Part shown: positions 33,933 to 43,101 of the stretch, in pieces
Layout of the letters: each line of letters begins with the position of its first letter
Position numbering within the stretch: position 1 is the first letter of the stretch
Assembly: GCA_900551865.1 (NCBI GenBank)
Contig: URXV01000005.1
Coordinates: 29,535-93,534, forward strand
DNA length: 64,000 nt
Origin: an uncultured Rickettsiales bacterium
GTDB lineage: Bacteria > Pseudomonadota > Alphaproteobacteria > RF32 > CAG-239
Reading direction: 5' to 3'
The notes under the pieces: generated by a model
The model's database searches: none
What the model was told of the DNA's origin: nothing
Seen by the model: only the letters and a program-made list of their open reading frames with translations
Translations under genes and position numbers: made by a program

Positions 33933-35074
33933 AGATTATGCTGGTGCGCGACCGCAACGTGCTCAACAACAACTGGCTTGCCTATTTTGCCAATTTGCTG
34001 CATGAACGCGGGCATGAAGTGGTCATTGCCTGCGATACCTACGGCAAGCTCGGCGTTTCCGCGCCGGGGCATGAACTGGAGCCGGGGGTTAGCCTTGCCA
34101 ATGTCAACGGCAAAACCTCGTCGCCGCTGCAGAATTTCTGGCGTCGTATCCGTTGCAAGGTACTGCCGTCGTGGCACCTGTTTGACCGTCTGATAAAAGC
34201 CGAAAAGCCCGATGTCATCATCTGCTATTTTCCGGTGGATTTATATAACGTAACCCGCTTTCAACATCATAAAATTCCGATAGTGCAGATGGTGCACGGT
34301 TACCCGCCGATGATTTTGGATAAGGTTCTGCACAAAAATCCGCTGTCGCGCTCCTTTTGCCGCCGCAGCTTTTTGCAGGTAAACACCTGGCAGGTGCTGA
34401 TGAACTCGTATAAAAAGGAAATAGACCCGTTTTTTGCGCCGCAAAACGTCGTCCGTATCGCCAATCCTGTCAAACAGTATGCCGAAAATGAAATGGCCGA
34501 TTTGTCCGCGGAAAAGAAACGTATTGTCTATGTCGCGCGGATTGAGAAAAAGACCAAACGTCCGCACTTGCTGGTTGAGGCGTTCGCCAAAATCGCCGCG
34601 GATTTTCCCGATTGGAAGGTGGAAATCTGGGGAATGCGCAAATATCCGGACTATGAAAAGGAAATCAATGATTTCATCGCCGCGCACCGTCTGGAAAATC
34701 AGGTGGCGCTGATGGGCTATACGCAGGATGTGGAGGGGCTGTACCGCAGCGCTGACATTCACGCTTTTCCGAGTGCCAGCGAAGGGTTCAGCCTGGCGAT
34801 TGCCGACGCTATGTCCATCGGCCTGCCACACGTCGGGTTTAAGGATGCCCATTCGGTCAACGAGATTATCGTTGACGGGCACAACGGCTTCCTCGCCGAC
34901 GATGTTGACGATTTCGCCGCCAAACTGAAAACGCTGATGAAAGACAAGGAGCTGCGTATTAAATTCGGCCGCAACGCGCACGAAGACATGAAAGCCTATG
35001 CTCCGGAAATTTTAATGAATCAGTGGGAAGAACTGTTTCAGAAGCTGTGCCCGTCCGCCGCAAAACCTCTCTAA
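33929..35074 (+). CDS. glycosyltransferase family 4 (GT-B)
   Basis: FPSASEGFSLAIADAMSIGLPHVGF...NEIIVDGHNGFL is the typical GT4 EX7E region. Confidence 0.85.
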   Translation: MKIMLVRDRNVLNNNWLAYFANLLHERGHEVVIACDTYGKLGVSAPGHELEPGVSLANVNGKTSSPLQNFWRRIRCKVLPSWHLFDRLIKAEKPDVIICYFPVDLYNVTRFQHHKIPIVQMVHGYPPMILDKVLHKNPLSRSFCRRSFLQVNTWQVLMNSYKKEIDPFFAPQNVVRIANPVKQYAENEMADLSAEKKRIVYVARIEKKTKRPHLLVEAFAKIAADFPDWKVEIWGMRKYPDYEKEINDFIAAHRLENQVALMGYTQDVEGLYRSADIHAFPSASEGFSLAIADAMSIGLPHVGFKDAHSVNEIIVDGHNGFLADDVDDFAAKLKTLMKDKELRIKFGRNAHEDMKAYAPEILMNQWEELFQKLCPSAAKPL

Positions 35075-35244
35075 TTTTCGCCGCCGCCTTTCTGCGCTGC
35101 TTCTTATCGTGCTGCCGCTTCCAACCGCCGCACTCTCTCTGGTCTGTGCGCTCAATCCCGGCTCACTCGTTCTTCGTCCGTTTCCGGAAAATACGGTTGG
35201 CGCTTCGGTTCTTTCGCCCGCCCGGCCTCGGTTTGCGTCGCCTT

Positions 35245-36204
35245 TTAGTCCTCAGCCGCCCCTTTGGAGCGCAGCACTCCGGAAAGGCTTAGGAACCTAT
35301 GCCCCAGCTGCTCCAGAAAAGCGAAATCCGGCTGCGGGTGAAACAGCTTGGCCTTGATGTAGCGGAAAAAGTCCGCCGTCCAATACGGATGTTCCAAATT
35401 CTTCTTGACGTATTTCCAGTTCGCCGACAGGGCTTTAAGATAAATAATCGCCGCCGTATCCTTGTCCATACTGTCGTAATAGTCAAGCAGCAGGTTGTAA
35501 TGGGCGAAAAAGCGGTCATTGTCCAGCTGGTTGGTATTTTTGCTGAGGTTGTTGGTTTCCTTGGGAACCAGCACCACGTTGGCATACATCTTGACAATGC
35601 CGTCAGCAAAACGCGCCGCCCGGAGCGGAATGCTCTCGTCTTGGATAAACACGCGCGTGTCTGCGCCGCCGGCTTTTTGCAGTACCGACCGGCGGATAAG
35701 CTGCCCCATCCGGGTAAAACGCCCTTTGAGTACGGCCCGCAGCGCGTCTTTTTTATAAGAATAGTCAAAGTCTTCCGGCATCGTTTCCGCCGCAATTTCC
35801 ATCGGCTCTTTGCCTGTTTTGGTAAACTGGCCGTAAACCATGTCCGCCTGATGTTTGTTAGCAAGTTCCAGCATTTTTTCGGTTGAATTGAGCGGAAAAA
35901 TATCATCTGAATCCAACATCCGCACCCATTCGCCGCGGGCGAGGGCTATGCCGCGGTTAATCGAAATGCTGATGCCTTCGTTCTTGTCTTTTTTGACGAT
36001 GGTAACGTTCTCAATCCCGCGCGTCATTTCCTCTATAATCTCGACCGAGCGGTCTTTGGAAAGGTCGTCGACAAAAATATACTCCGGATTTTTGAGCCCA
36101 GTCTGGTTCAAAAGCGCTTTCAGCACCGCCGGCAGATAATATTCTTTGTTATAAACCGTCATTACAAAAGATACGTCGGGTTTTGTCTTGTCGCTCGCAG
36201 TCAT
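35245..36204 (-). CDS. glycosyltransferase family 2
   Basis: VSFVMTVYNKEYYL...FVDDLSKDRS...LDSDDIF. Confidence 0.85.
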   Translation of the reverse strand: MTASDKTKPDVSFVMTVYNKEYYLPAVLKALLNQTGLKNPEYIFVDDLSKDRSVEIIEEMTRGIENVTIVKKDKNEGISISINRGIALARGEWVRMLDSDDIFPLNSTEKMLELANKHQADMVYGQFTKTGKEPMEIAAETMPEDFDYSYKKDALRAVLKGRFTRMGQLIRRSVLQKAGGADTRVFIQDESIPLRAARFADGIVKMYANVVLVPKETNNLSKNTNQLDNDRFFAHYNLLLDYYDSMDKDTAAIIYLKALSANWKYVKKNLEHPYWTADFFRYIKAKLFHPQPDFAFLEQLGHRFLSLSGVLRSKGAAED

Positions 36205-36275
36205 CGCTTCGTTCCGTTAAAAATTGCAGTCTTGCTCCGAGTATAAACCAAAAAAGCCGTCAGGCAACCGAAAAA

Positions 36276-37115
36276 TTAAAATTTTACGCTTTTAATTTCT
36301 TCGCCGTCCTTATAGGTAACCACGCGCACCAATTCGCCGCGGCGGTTAAATTCTTTGGCGGTGCCGTCCAGTTTGTCATTTTTGCGGTAGGCCAAAACTT
36401 TCGGTTGCTCGTTGTCATAATAGGAAAAGGCAGGTCCTTCGCGTTTGCCGTTGACGTATTCCGTGTAGCTGATGAGGTGGTTGCCCGGCGTATAGAGGCG
36501 GGACGGGCCGTGGAGCTTTCCCTTGCGGTATGTTATGGACGTCTTGACCGCGCCGTTTTTGTAATATTCTTCAAACACGCCGTTCTTTTTGCCTCTGAGG
36601 TAGCTTCCTTTGCGTTTGAGGTCGCCGTTCGGATAATAGGCGATTTCTCCGCCTTCGGGTTTGCCCTTGCGGTAATAGCAGACTTCTTTTTCCGCGCCGT
36701 CAGGGTAATATTCCACGGTTTTGCCGTGCGGCTGTCCCTTTTTGTAATACGCTTCCAGCAAAACCGACCCGTCACGGTCATAAGCTTTGTACAAACCGCT
36801 GATTTTTCCGTCGACATAGTGAATTTCTTCCTGCAGCTGCATATTGTCGGCGTATTTCTGATACACGCCTGTAATCGGCTTGTGCGCCGCGTCATAACGA
36901 ATGCCGTTTTCCTCGACCGAAGTCTCGTCGGTATAAAGCGTCGTCAGCTGCGCAACGTGGCAGCCGCCGAGCAGCAGCATAACCATACTGAGCGCCGCCG
37001 TTTTTTTCGCCGCCAGCCGCCGTGTTGCCAATTTGCGCAAAATCATGCGCCGCAGCGCCAGTTTTTTGGCCGCGAATTTTTGCGCCGTAATGTCCAATAT
37101 GTTTTTTCTTGCCAT
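36276..37115 (-). CDS. MORN-repeat-variant (YwqK-like) lipoprotein
   Basis: LLLGGC lipobox. Repeated G(K/Q)xHGxxxxYYxNG units. Confidence 0.8.
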   Translation of the reverse strand: MARKNILDITAQKFAAKKLALRRMILRKLATRRLAAKKTAALSMVMLLLGGCHVAQLTTLYTDETSVEENGIRYDAAHKPITGVYQKYADNMQLQEEIHYVDGKISGLYKAYDRDGSVLLEAYYKKGQPHGKTVEYYPDGAEKEVCYYRKGKPEGGEIAYYPNGDLKRKGSYLRGKKNGVFEEYYKNGAVKTSITYRKGKLHGPSRLYTPGNHLISYTEYVNGKREGPAFSYYDNEQPKVLAYRKNDKLDGTAKEFNRRGELVRVVTYKDGEEIKSVKF

Positions 37116-37234
37116 CGTTTGTACCTCTTAACGCCATAATTATTCTGAAACTTGTTAAAAAAGCGTAAAGTATTTTGCAATAATGTTGACATTCCGTTTT
37201 AAACCCGTATCTTAACAGCAAAGGAGAATGTAAC

Positions 37235-37594
37235 ATGCTAAAGTTTTTAAGTGTATTGCTGGCCGTGGCCGTTCTTGCTGCGCCGGCCTATGCCCGCCGC
37301 AAAAAAGCCCCCGTTCTGGAAGCCAACAAAGCGTATGTGCTGTATCTTCAGGGGTGCCCGATTTGCCAAAACGCTCTGGAGTATATCAACGAACGTTATC
37401 TGACCCGCCCTGATGTTGTCCGGGTTGATTTGGAAACCGAAGAAGGGCGTTCGCTGCTGAAACAATGTGCGAAAAAATTTGGTTTCAAAAGCGTTGTCGC
37501 TCCGGTTGTCTGCATCGGCGACAAGCATTTCATGGGGTGGTCAACCAAAGCTGCCCGCGATTTTGACCAGTATCTGGTGGAGCTGCACGGCTGA
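37235..37594 (+). CDS. secreted glutaredoxin/thioredoxin-fold protein (CPIC)
   Basis: Signal peptide MLKFLSVLLAVAVLAAPAYA. CPxC motif YLQGCPICQ. C-terminal VVCIGDKHFMGW. Confidence 0.7.
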   Translation: MLKFLSVLLAVAVLAAPAYARRKKAPVLEANKAYVLYLQGCPICQNALEYINERYLTRPDVVRVDLETEEGRSLLKQCAKKFGFKSVVAPVVCIGDKHFMGWSTKAARDFDQYLVELHG

Positions 37595-37674
37595 CGGCAT
37601 AGTCTGCATCAGCCCGCTGCCGCCGGCCAAAATTGGCTGGACTGCACGGCTGACAGCGTGGCCGATGGGATGTG

Positions 37675-38151
37675 TCAGACTTTCAGGCTCATAATCTTTG
37701 AAACTTCCGTATATCCCAGTTTATGATAAAAAGCCATAGCGCCGGAATTGAAGCAGAAGACCTCCAGTTCAATATTGGCAATGTTGTCGGCTTTGGCTCT
37801 TGCCTTGACGGCATCGTTAAGTTGTTGCCCGATTTTTTGCCCGCGGAAAGCTTCGCTGACGGCAATGTCATAAATTTTATAATATCTTTGGTAAAGAAAC
37901 AGAGTGTCGGGCTTTTCTTCTTTTGCCGCAAAAACGATTCCTGCCACTTTGCCGTCCGCCAGAGCGACCAGGCCGAAAGTGTTTTCGTTTCTGATAATCC
38001 ATTCCAAATAGGGACGCGAATGTTCCTTGGGGATTTTGCGAAAATAGTCCGGCGCGCCCGAACAGTGCAGCAGGTTGGATTCGTAAAAGACATCTAATGC
38101 GCCGTCGAGATACTCCGGCGTCAAATCAATAATTTGTACGTTCATTTTCAC
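37675..38151 (-). CDS. GNAT family N-acetyltransferase
   Basis: IAVSEAFRGQKIGQQL (motif A) and AMAFYHKLGY (motif B). Confidence 0.85.
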   Translation of the reverse strand: MKMNVQIIDLTPEYLDGALDVFYESNLLHCSGAPDYFRKIPKEHSRPYLEWIIRNENTFGLVALADGKVAGIVFAAKEEKPDTLFLYQRYYKIYDIAVSEAFRGQKIGQQLNDAVKARAKADNIANIELEVFCFNSGAMAFYHKLGYTEVSKIMSLKV

Positions 38152-38297
38152 CTCAAATATTAGTGTTTTATTGCACTTTCACCGCCAAAATAGCTTGGAA
38201 ATCAGAGAATTTCAAGCACAATTTTCATGTTGCCTTTTTCCCGCCGTTTGATGTCGGCAGTGCCGGAAATTGTTTCTTTATTCTATATCTTTAAGGT

Positions 38298-38327
38298 GAT
38301 GAAATAAAACGTTCGTTTTATTTCATC
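38298..38327. promoter_or_regulatory. perfect 14-bp inverted repeat GATGAAATAAAACG-TT-CGTTTTATTTCATC (copy 4 of the ACG-N2-CGT element)
   Basis: Read directly from the sequence. Lies in the divergent GNAT/GT2 promoter region. A related copy, TGAAATTAAATGAACGTTTAAATTAAACA, is at 38421-38449. Confidence 0.55.
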
Positions 38328-38474
38328 ATTTTTGATATGTAATCATGATTATGCCGTTTTGTAGTATTTTTCTTGAAAAATAACATTTTACTGTTGCTTT
38401 AAAAAAATACGTATGATAGTTGAAATTAAATGAACGTTTAAATTAAACAATATGAGGTTATCCAGGAGGTTCAT

Positions 38475-39494
38475 ATGCCTGAAATAAGTGTCATAATGCC
38501 GATATACCGGACAAAAGAACAGTATTTGCGCTCGGCGGTAGAAAGCATATTGTCTCAGAGCTTTGGGGATTATGAATTCCTTATTTTGGATGACAGTCCG
38601 TGCGACGCGTCTTTGCGCGAGGTTGTGCAGTCATACCGGGACGCACGGATAAAATATGTCGCCAGTGAGCGGACACTGGGAGTCGCAGGAAGCTATAACC
38701 GTCTGCTGGAGCTTGCCTGCTGCGATTATGTGGCGGTGATGAACCATGATGATCAGTCGCTTCCAGGGCGCCTAGCAAGGCAGTATTCGTATCTGCAATG
38801 TCATCCCGAGGTGGGGCTCGTCGGCACCGGGTATAAAAAATTTGGCGAGATTAACCGTTTCAAAACAATAAAAAATCCTGCGGACGATACCGTGATTCGC
38901 GCATCGCTGCTGTTTAAGTCGTCCATACATCATCCGACCATAATGTTTCGTCGCCGCCTGGTAGCGGAGGCCGGCATCCGTTATAATGAAAATTTCATCA
39001 GTCTGAACGATCGTCAATTTTATTACGACGTCAGCCGCCGTTCCCGGCTGGCCAACATTCCCGATGTCTTGTACCGCTATCGTTTTCATAAGGATATGGT
39101 GTCCAAACGCTGCAAGCCGGAAATATATCGGGAACAATGCCTGTTTCACGATATGTGGTTCAAGTCAGGGGGGATAGAACTGAGTGCGGAAGAAAAGTCT
39201 GTGTTTGACGAATATGCGGCGCAGGGCAGATGCCATATAAGAGATGCGGAAGTGTTAAGCCGCGTTGAACAGGTGTTGGCCAAACTCGCGGCGGAAAATG
39301 CACGGCGGCAAATCGTTCCTGCGGCGGAGTTTTCCGCAATCTGCGCGCAGTATCTTGTAAAACGCTGCCTGAATGCGGTTGTGTACGGCGGGATAAATTC
39401 GACAGAAATCCTTGAACGGACAATCCTGCCGGTACGCCGGAACCGTCTGCTGCAGCTGTGTAACCTTGCTTTGCATTGGCGGGGGATGAAATGA
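38475..39494 (+). CDS. glycosyltransferase family 2
   Basis: ISVIMPIYRTKEQYL...FLILDDSPCD...MNHDD. GGAGG SD. Confidence 0.85.
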   Translation: MPEISVIMPIYRTKEQYLRSAVESILSQSFGDYEFLILDDSPCDASLREVVQSYRDARIKYVASERTLGVAGSYNRLLELACCDYVAVMNHDDQSLPGRLARQYSYLQCHPEVGLVGTGYKKFGEINRFKTIKNPADDTVIRASLLFKSSIHHPTIMFRRRLVAEAGIRYNENFISLNDRQFYYDVSRRSRLANIPDVLYRYRFHKDMVSKRCKPEIYREQCLFHDMWFKSGGIELSAEEKSVFDEYAAQGRCHIRDAEVLSRVEQVLAKLAAENARRQIVPAAEFSAICAQYLVKRCLNAVVYGGINSTEILERTILPVRRNRLLQLCNLALHWRGMK

Positions 39495-41371
39495 AAGTAG
39501 CTGTTCATTTACATTTGTATTATCTGGAACAGCTTCCGGAATTGCTTGCCCGGTTGGAAAATCTGAATCGTGCCGACATAATGTGGGATTTGTTTGTAAC
39601 AATGCCCGCCACCGGAAAAAACGCTGCGCATCTTTCTGCTGAGGTTATTTCCCCTGCCGCCAAAACGGACGCTCGCACCGACAGTTTCGCCGCCGCGGAC
39701 GCCCAAATCCGCGCCGCTTTCCCTGCCGCCGTCATCTGGCACCCGGAAAACCGCGGCTACGATGTCGGTCCGTTTATCGACTTTCTCCACCGTATCAGCC
39801 TTGACGAGTACGACTATATTCTCAAGATTCATACCAAGCGCCGTCAACACGGCGAGTACTGCTGTTTTAACGGCGTACGTTTTCATACGGCGGCATGGAG
39901 CAAGATGTTGTTGGATGCTCTGTTGGAAACGCCCGAAATCGTCAGAAAAAATTTTGCTCTGTTGGAAAATGACACAGATATCGGAATGGTTGGTAACGGC
40001 TTTTGCCTGACCGGAGAGGCAGGTACGTATAAAATGCTGGAAGATTCCATTAAAAACGAAGCTGATAAGATGCACCTGCCACCGATTGAAGATTTCAGCT
40101 TTATCGCCGGAACAATGTTTATTGTGCGTGCCAGACTGTTGCAGCCGTTTTTGCGATACAGCATAAATGATTTTGAAGCCGCAGATTCCCAAATTCGCGA
40201 TTATACGCTGGCGCATGTTTTGGAACGCTTGTTTGGAATGTCCGTAACCGCACGGGGATATAAGATTTACGGCGTTAAGTATAAGGAATATTATACGGAA
40301 CGTCTGGTTGCCAGTATTACACGTTTTCTTTTTCAACGAAAGACAACCAAAGGCGGCAAAAAGATATTGAAAATATGCCGGCTTCCGGTATGGGTATCGC
40401 ATGAACATTTGCCGGTATATCCGGTGGTCAGGAAATTTTCCAACGTGCCTCTGCGGCACCGCCGTTTGGCCGTTTATGCCGCATGGGACGGGAACGGATA
40501 TGTCGACAAGGCTGATTTGTATTATATTCGCGCGCTAAAAGAAGTGGTGGACAATGTGATTTATGTGTGCGATAACGGTTTGGTTGCTGGGGAGGCGGAA
40601 AAACTGTCGCGGGAGGTCTGCTGCATATTGGCCGCCAGCCACGGGGAATATGATTTCGGTTCTTATAAGCGCGGTTTTGCCTATGCTCAAAATTACGGAC
40701 TGTTGGACGGCGTGGAAGAACTGATTTTTTGCAACGACAGCTGTTACGCGCCGGTTCATCCGTTTAAGCCCGTGTTTGACGAAATGCAGGGGAAAAAATG
40801 CGATTTTTGGGGAATAACCGAAAATACGGAGTTTTCCCGCCATATCCAGAGTTACTTTATGGTGTTCCGCCCACAGGTCTTTCAGTCGAAAGTCTTTAAT
40901 CAATTTATAACCGGCATTACTGCGCAAAAAACGGTTCAGGATGTAATTGAAAATTATGAAGTAGGGTTGAGCGAAACTCTCATAAATGCACAATATAGTT
41001 ACAAATCTTATATTCCGTATCCGGAACAGTATCCGTTGCCATTAAGAGGGGCTACTAATTTAACAGCTTGTCCGGTTTGGATGATAAAACAAGGTTCGCC
41101 TTTAGTCAAAAAGAAAAGTTTTAAAGAGAAAATTTCAAATGAAGAAGGATTTTTCAAATTAAGAAAAATGGTACAGAACATAAATCCGGGCTTAGTTGAA
41201 ATAATCTCATTGAGAAGTGCATGTCTTGCTGTAATAAGTGAGTGTAGAAAAAAAATTAAACGTTTCTTCTACCAAAAGAAAATCACCAAATCCGGCAAAA
41301 CAATCATTAAAATTTGTAAAATTCCGGTGTTTGCAAAGCACTGCGATGTTCCGCATCCGGCGGGGAGGTAA
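39491..41371 (+). CDS. rhamnan-synthesis-protein-F (RgpF)-like two-module glycosyltransferase
   Basis: VAVHLHLYY...; HGEYDFGSYKRG...CNDSCYAP...DFWGIT...IQSYFMVF. ATGA overlap with the upstream gene. Confidence 0.75.
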   Translation: MKVAVHLHLYYLEQLPELLARLENLNRADIMWDLFVTMPATGKNAAHLSAEVISPAAKTDARTDSFAAADAQIRAAFPAAVIWHPENRGYDVGPFIDFLHRISLDEYDYILKIHTKRRQHGEYCCFNGVRFHTAAWSKMLLDALLETPEIVRKNFALLENDTDIGMVGNGFCLTGEAGTYKMLEDSIKNEADKMHLPPIEDFSFIAGTMFIVRARLLQPFLRYSINDFEAADSQIRDYTLAHVLERLFGMSVTARGYKIYGVKYKEYYTERLVASITRFLFQRKTTKGGKKILKICRLPVWVSHEHLPVYPVVRKFSNVPLRHRRLAVYAAWDGNGYVDKADLYYIRALKEVVDNVIYVCDNGLVAGEAEKLSREVCCILAASHGEYDFGSYKRGFAYAQNYGLLDGVEELIFCNDSCYAPVHPFKPVFDEMQGKKCDFWGITENTEFSRHIQSYFMVFRPQVFQSKVFNQFITGITAQKTVQDVIENYEVGLSETLINAQYSYKSYIPYPEQYPLPLRGATNLTACPVWMIKQGSPLVKKKSFKEKISNEEGFFKLRKMVQNINPGLVEIISLRSACLAVISECRKKIKRFFYQKKITKSGKTIIKICKIPVFAKHCDVPHPAGR

Positions 41372-41375
41372 AGGC

Positions 41376-42674
41376 ATGACGGTCAAAGTCAGCGTCATAA
41401 CCCCGATATATAATCGGGAACAATGGGTAGAAAATCTGCTGTGTAATCTTCAAAAGCAGACGCTAAAGGAAATAGAGTTTATTATCATAGATGACGGATC
41501 GGCCGATAAAACGTATGAAATATTAAAGGAGAAAGTCGGGGGTGATAAGCGTTTTTATCTTATAAAAAGCCCGGAAAACGAAGGGCCGTCTCATGCGAGA
41601 AATATAGGCCTCATGCAGGCAAGGGGAGAGTATGTCGGCTTTTTTGATTGCGATGATGCTATTCCGTCGGATTATTTTGCCAGCTTGTATCAACAGGCGA
41701 AAGCACAGAATGCTGATATTATTTATGCCGCATATAACAATCTTTTGCACCGAATAGGCCAAATCAAGGCTCCGCAGGATAAATACCGGGTTTTGAAAAA
41801 CGGTGCGATATGGGATAAACTTTACCGGAAGAAATATCTGAATACGCATCATATTCGATTTACGGAAGGTTTGTATACTGCGGATAATTTGTTTGTCTTA
41901 CAGGCATTTATGCAAACTGATAATATCATATTGGTTGATACGCCTAATTATGAATATACAATACAGGAAGATTCAATCGGTAAAGATACCGTAAAACAAA
42001 AGAAACGTAAAAAAGATATTGTCGAAGTGCTGAAAAGGGCACGGAAACTAAAGGAAGAAGCGCACTTGTCCAAAGAGGAACAAACCGAATATTTGCAATT
42101 TTTGCAAAGGAGCCTTAGGGATTATCCAACGGATAAACGTTTCCAAAAACGATTTTATCAAACTTTAGGATTAAAAAACGAACAGGAAAAGGAAACGACA
42201 ATGAAACTGGTCATCTTAAAGCTTGTCAGGATGTTTCGCCTGATAAGCAAAGAAAAATACAATCAAAAACGCCAGATAGAACTGGTAAAGGCATCAAGCT
42301 TGTTTGATACCAAGTGGTATTTGGCACAAAACCCGGACGTTAAGACACGCAAAATGAGCGCAGCCAGACACTACGTTAAATACGGCTGGCAGGAAGGGCG
42401 CAACCCAAGCCCAAAATTTGACGGAAACCAATATTTGGCAGATTATCCCGAAGTTGCCGCAAAGAGAATCTGCCCCTTGGTTCACTATCTGATCAGCGGA
42501 CGGAAAGAAGGCAGATGTTACAGCAGTGTGAGCGGAGAACATGTCTCTCCGTCATTTGATGAAATGAACTGGCGTGGCAGATTGCGGTATGCATTGGAAT
42601 ATCCAGTGCGCTTGCAGGAAGAATGCGACAAGCTGAGAGCTGAGATTAAAGAGTTAGAACGACAAATGAAATAG
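41376..42674 (+). CDS. glycosyltransferase family 2 with C-terminal repeat region
   Basis: VSVITPIYNREQW...FIIIDDGSADKT...FFDCDD. GGGGAGG lies upstream of ATG 41376; the 41238 start in the track is unlikely. Confidence 0.85.
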   Translation: MTVKVSVITPIYNREQWVENLLCNLQKQTLKEIEFIIIDDGSADKTYEILKEKVGGDKRFYLIKSPENEGPSHARNIGLMQARGEYVGFFDCDDAIPSDYFASLYQQAKAQNADIIYAAYNNLLHRIGQIKAPQDKYRVLKNGAIWDKLYRKKYLNTHHIRFTEGLYTADNLFVLQAFMQTDNIILVDTPNYEYTIQEDSIGKDTVKQKKRKKDIVEVLKRARKLKEEAHLSKEEQTEYLQFLQRSLRDYPTDKRFQKRFYQTLGLKNEQEKETTMKLVILKLVRMFRLISKEKYNQKRQIELVKASSLFDTKWYLAQNPDVKTRKMSAARHYVKYGWQEGRNPSPKFDGNQYLADYPEVAAKRICPLVHYLISGRKEGRCYSSVSGEHVSPSFDEMNWRGRLRYALEYPVRLQEECDKLRAEIKELERQMK

Positions 42675-42702
42675 AATTTTATCAATAACAGGAATAGTTG
42701 AC

Positions 42703-42996
42703 ATGAAAAAGCAGAAGAACAAGCAGGCTATCAAAGCATCAAAATTGGCTAAGATTGAAAATATGAAAAAAAATATAATCACCGTGCGAAATGCCGAGGG
42801 AGAACCAAATACCCAAGCAGAAATTCTAATTCAGAACAAAATAGACTTTACACCCAAAGTTAGTGTCATCATCCCTGTATATAATGTAGAGGAGTATTTA
42901 AGGGAGTGTTTGGACAGTGTCGTCAATCAAACCTTAAAAGAAATAGAAATCATCTGTGTTGATGATGGCTCAACAGATAACTCTTTGGAAATATGA
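42703..42996 (+). pseudogene. N-terminal fragment of a GT2 domain, ended by an in-frame TGA; same frame as 43102..48261
   Basis: VSVIIPVYNVEEYL...IICVDDGSTDNSLEI-stop-KEYAKKDNRITVITQKN...GEYLSFLDSDD. The domain continues uninterrupted across the stop. Confidence 0.75.
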
Positions 42997-43101
42997 AAAG
43001 AATACGCCAAGAAAGATAACCGTATAACAGTAATAACTCAAAAAAATCTTCACGCTGGTGTTGCTCGCAATGCCGGTCTTGCCGTAGCGAAAGGAGAATA
43101 T

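Noticed and set aside
41238-41375. Upstream start at 41238 for the GT2 gene (478-aa version)
   Set aside because: The extension overlaps the RgpF-like gene and adds a non-homologous basic peptide. ATG 41376 has a GGGGAGG SD and starts exactly at the GT2 motif.
42994-42996. TGA read as a sense codon (genetic code 4 or 25, or selenocysteine)
   Set aside because: TGA clearly terminates other genes in the window (for example 14728-14730). I see no SECIS-like context, and the homologous position in GT2 enzymes is normally Leu. A nonsense mutation or a sequencing error is simpler.
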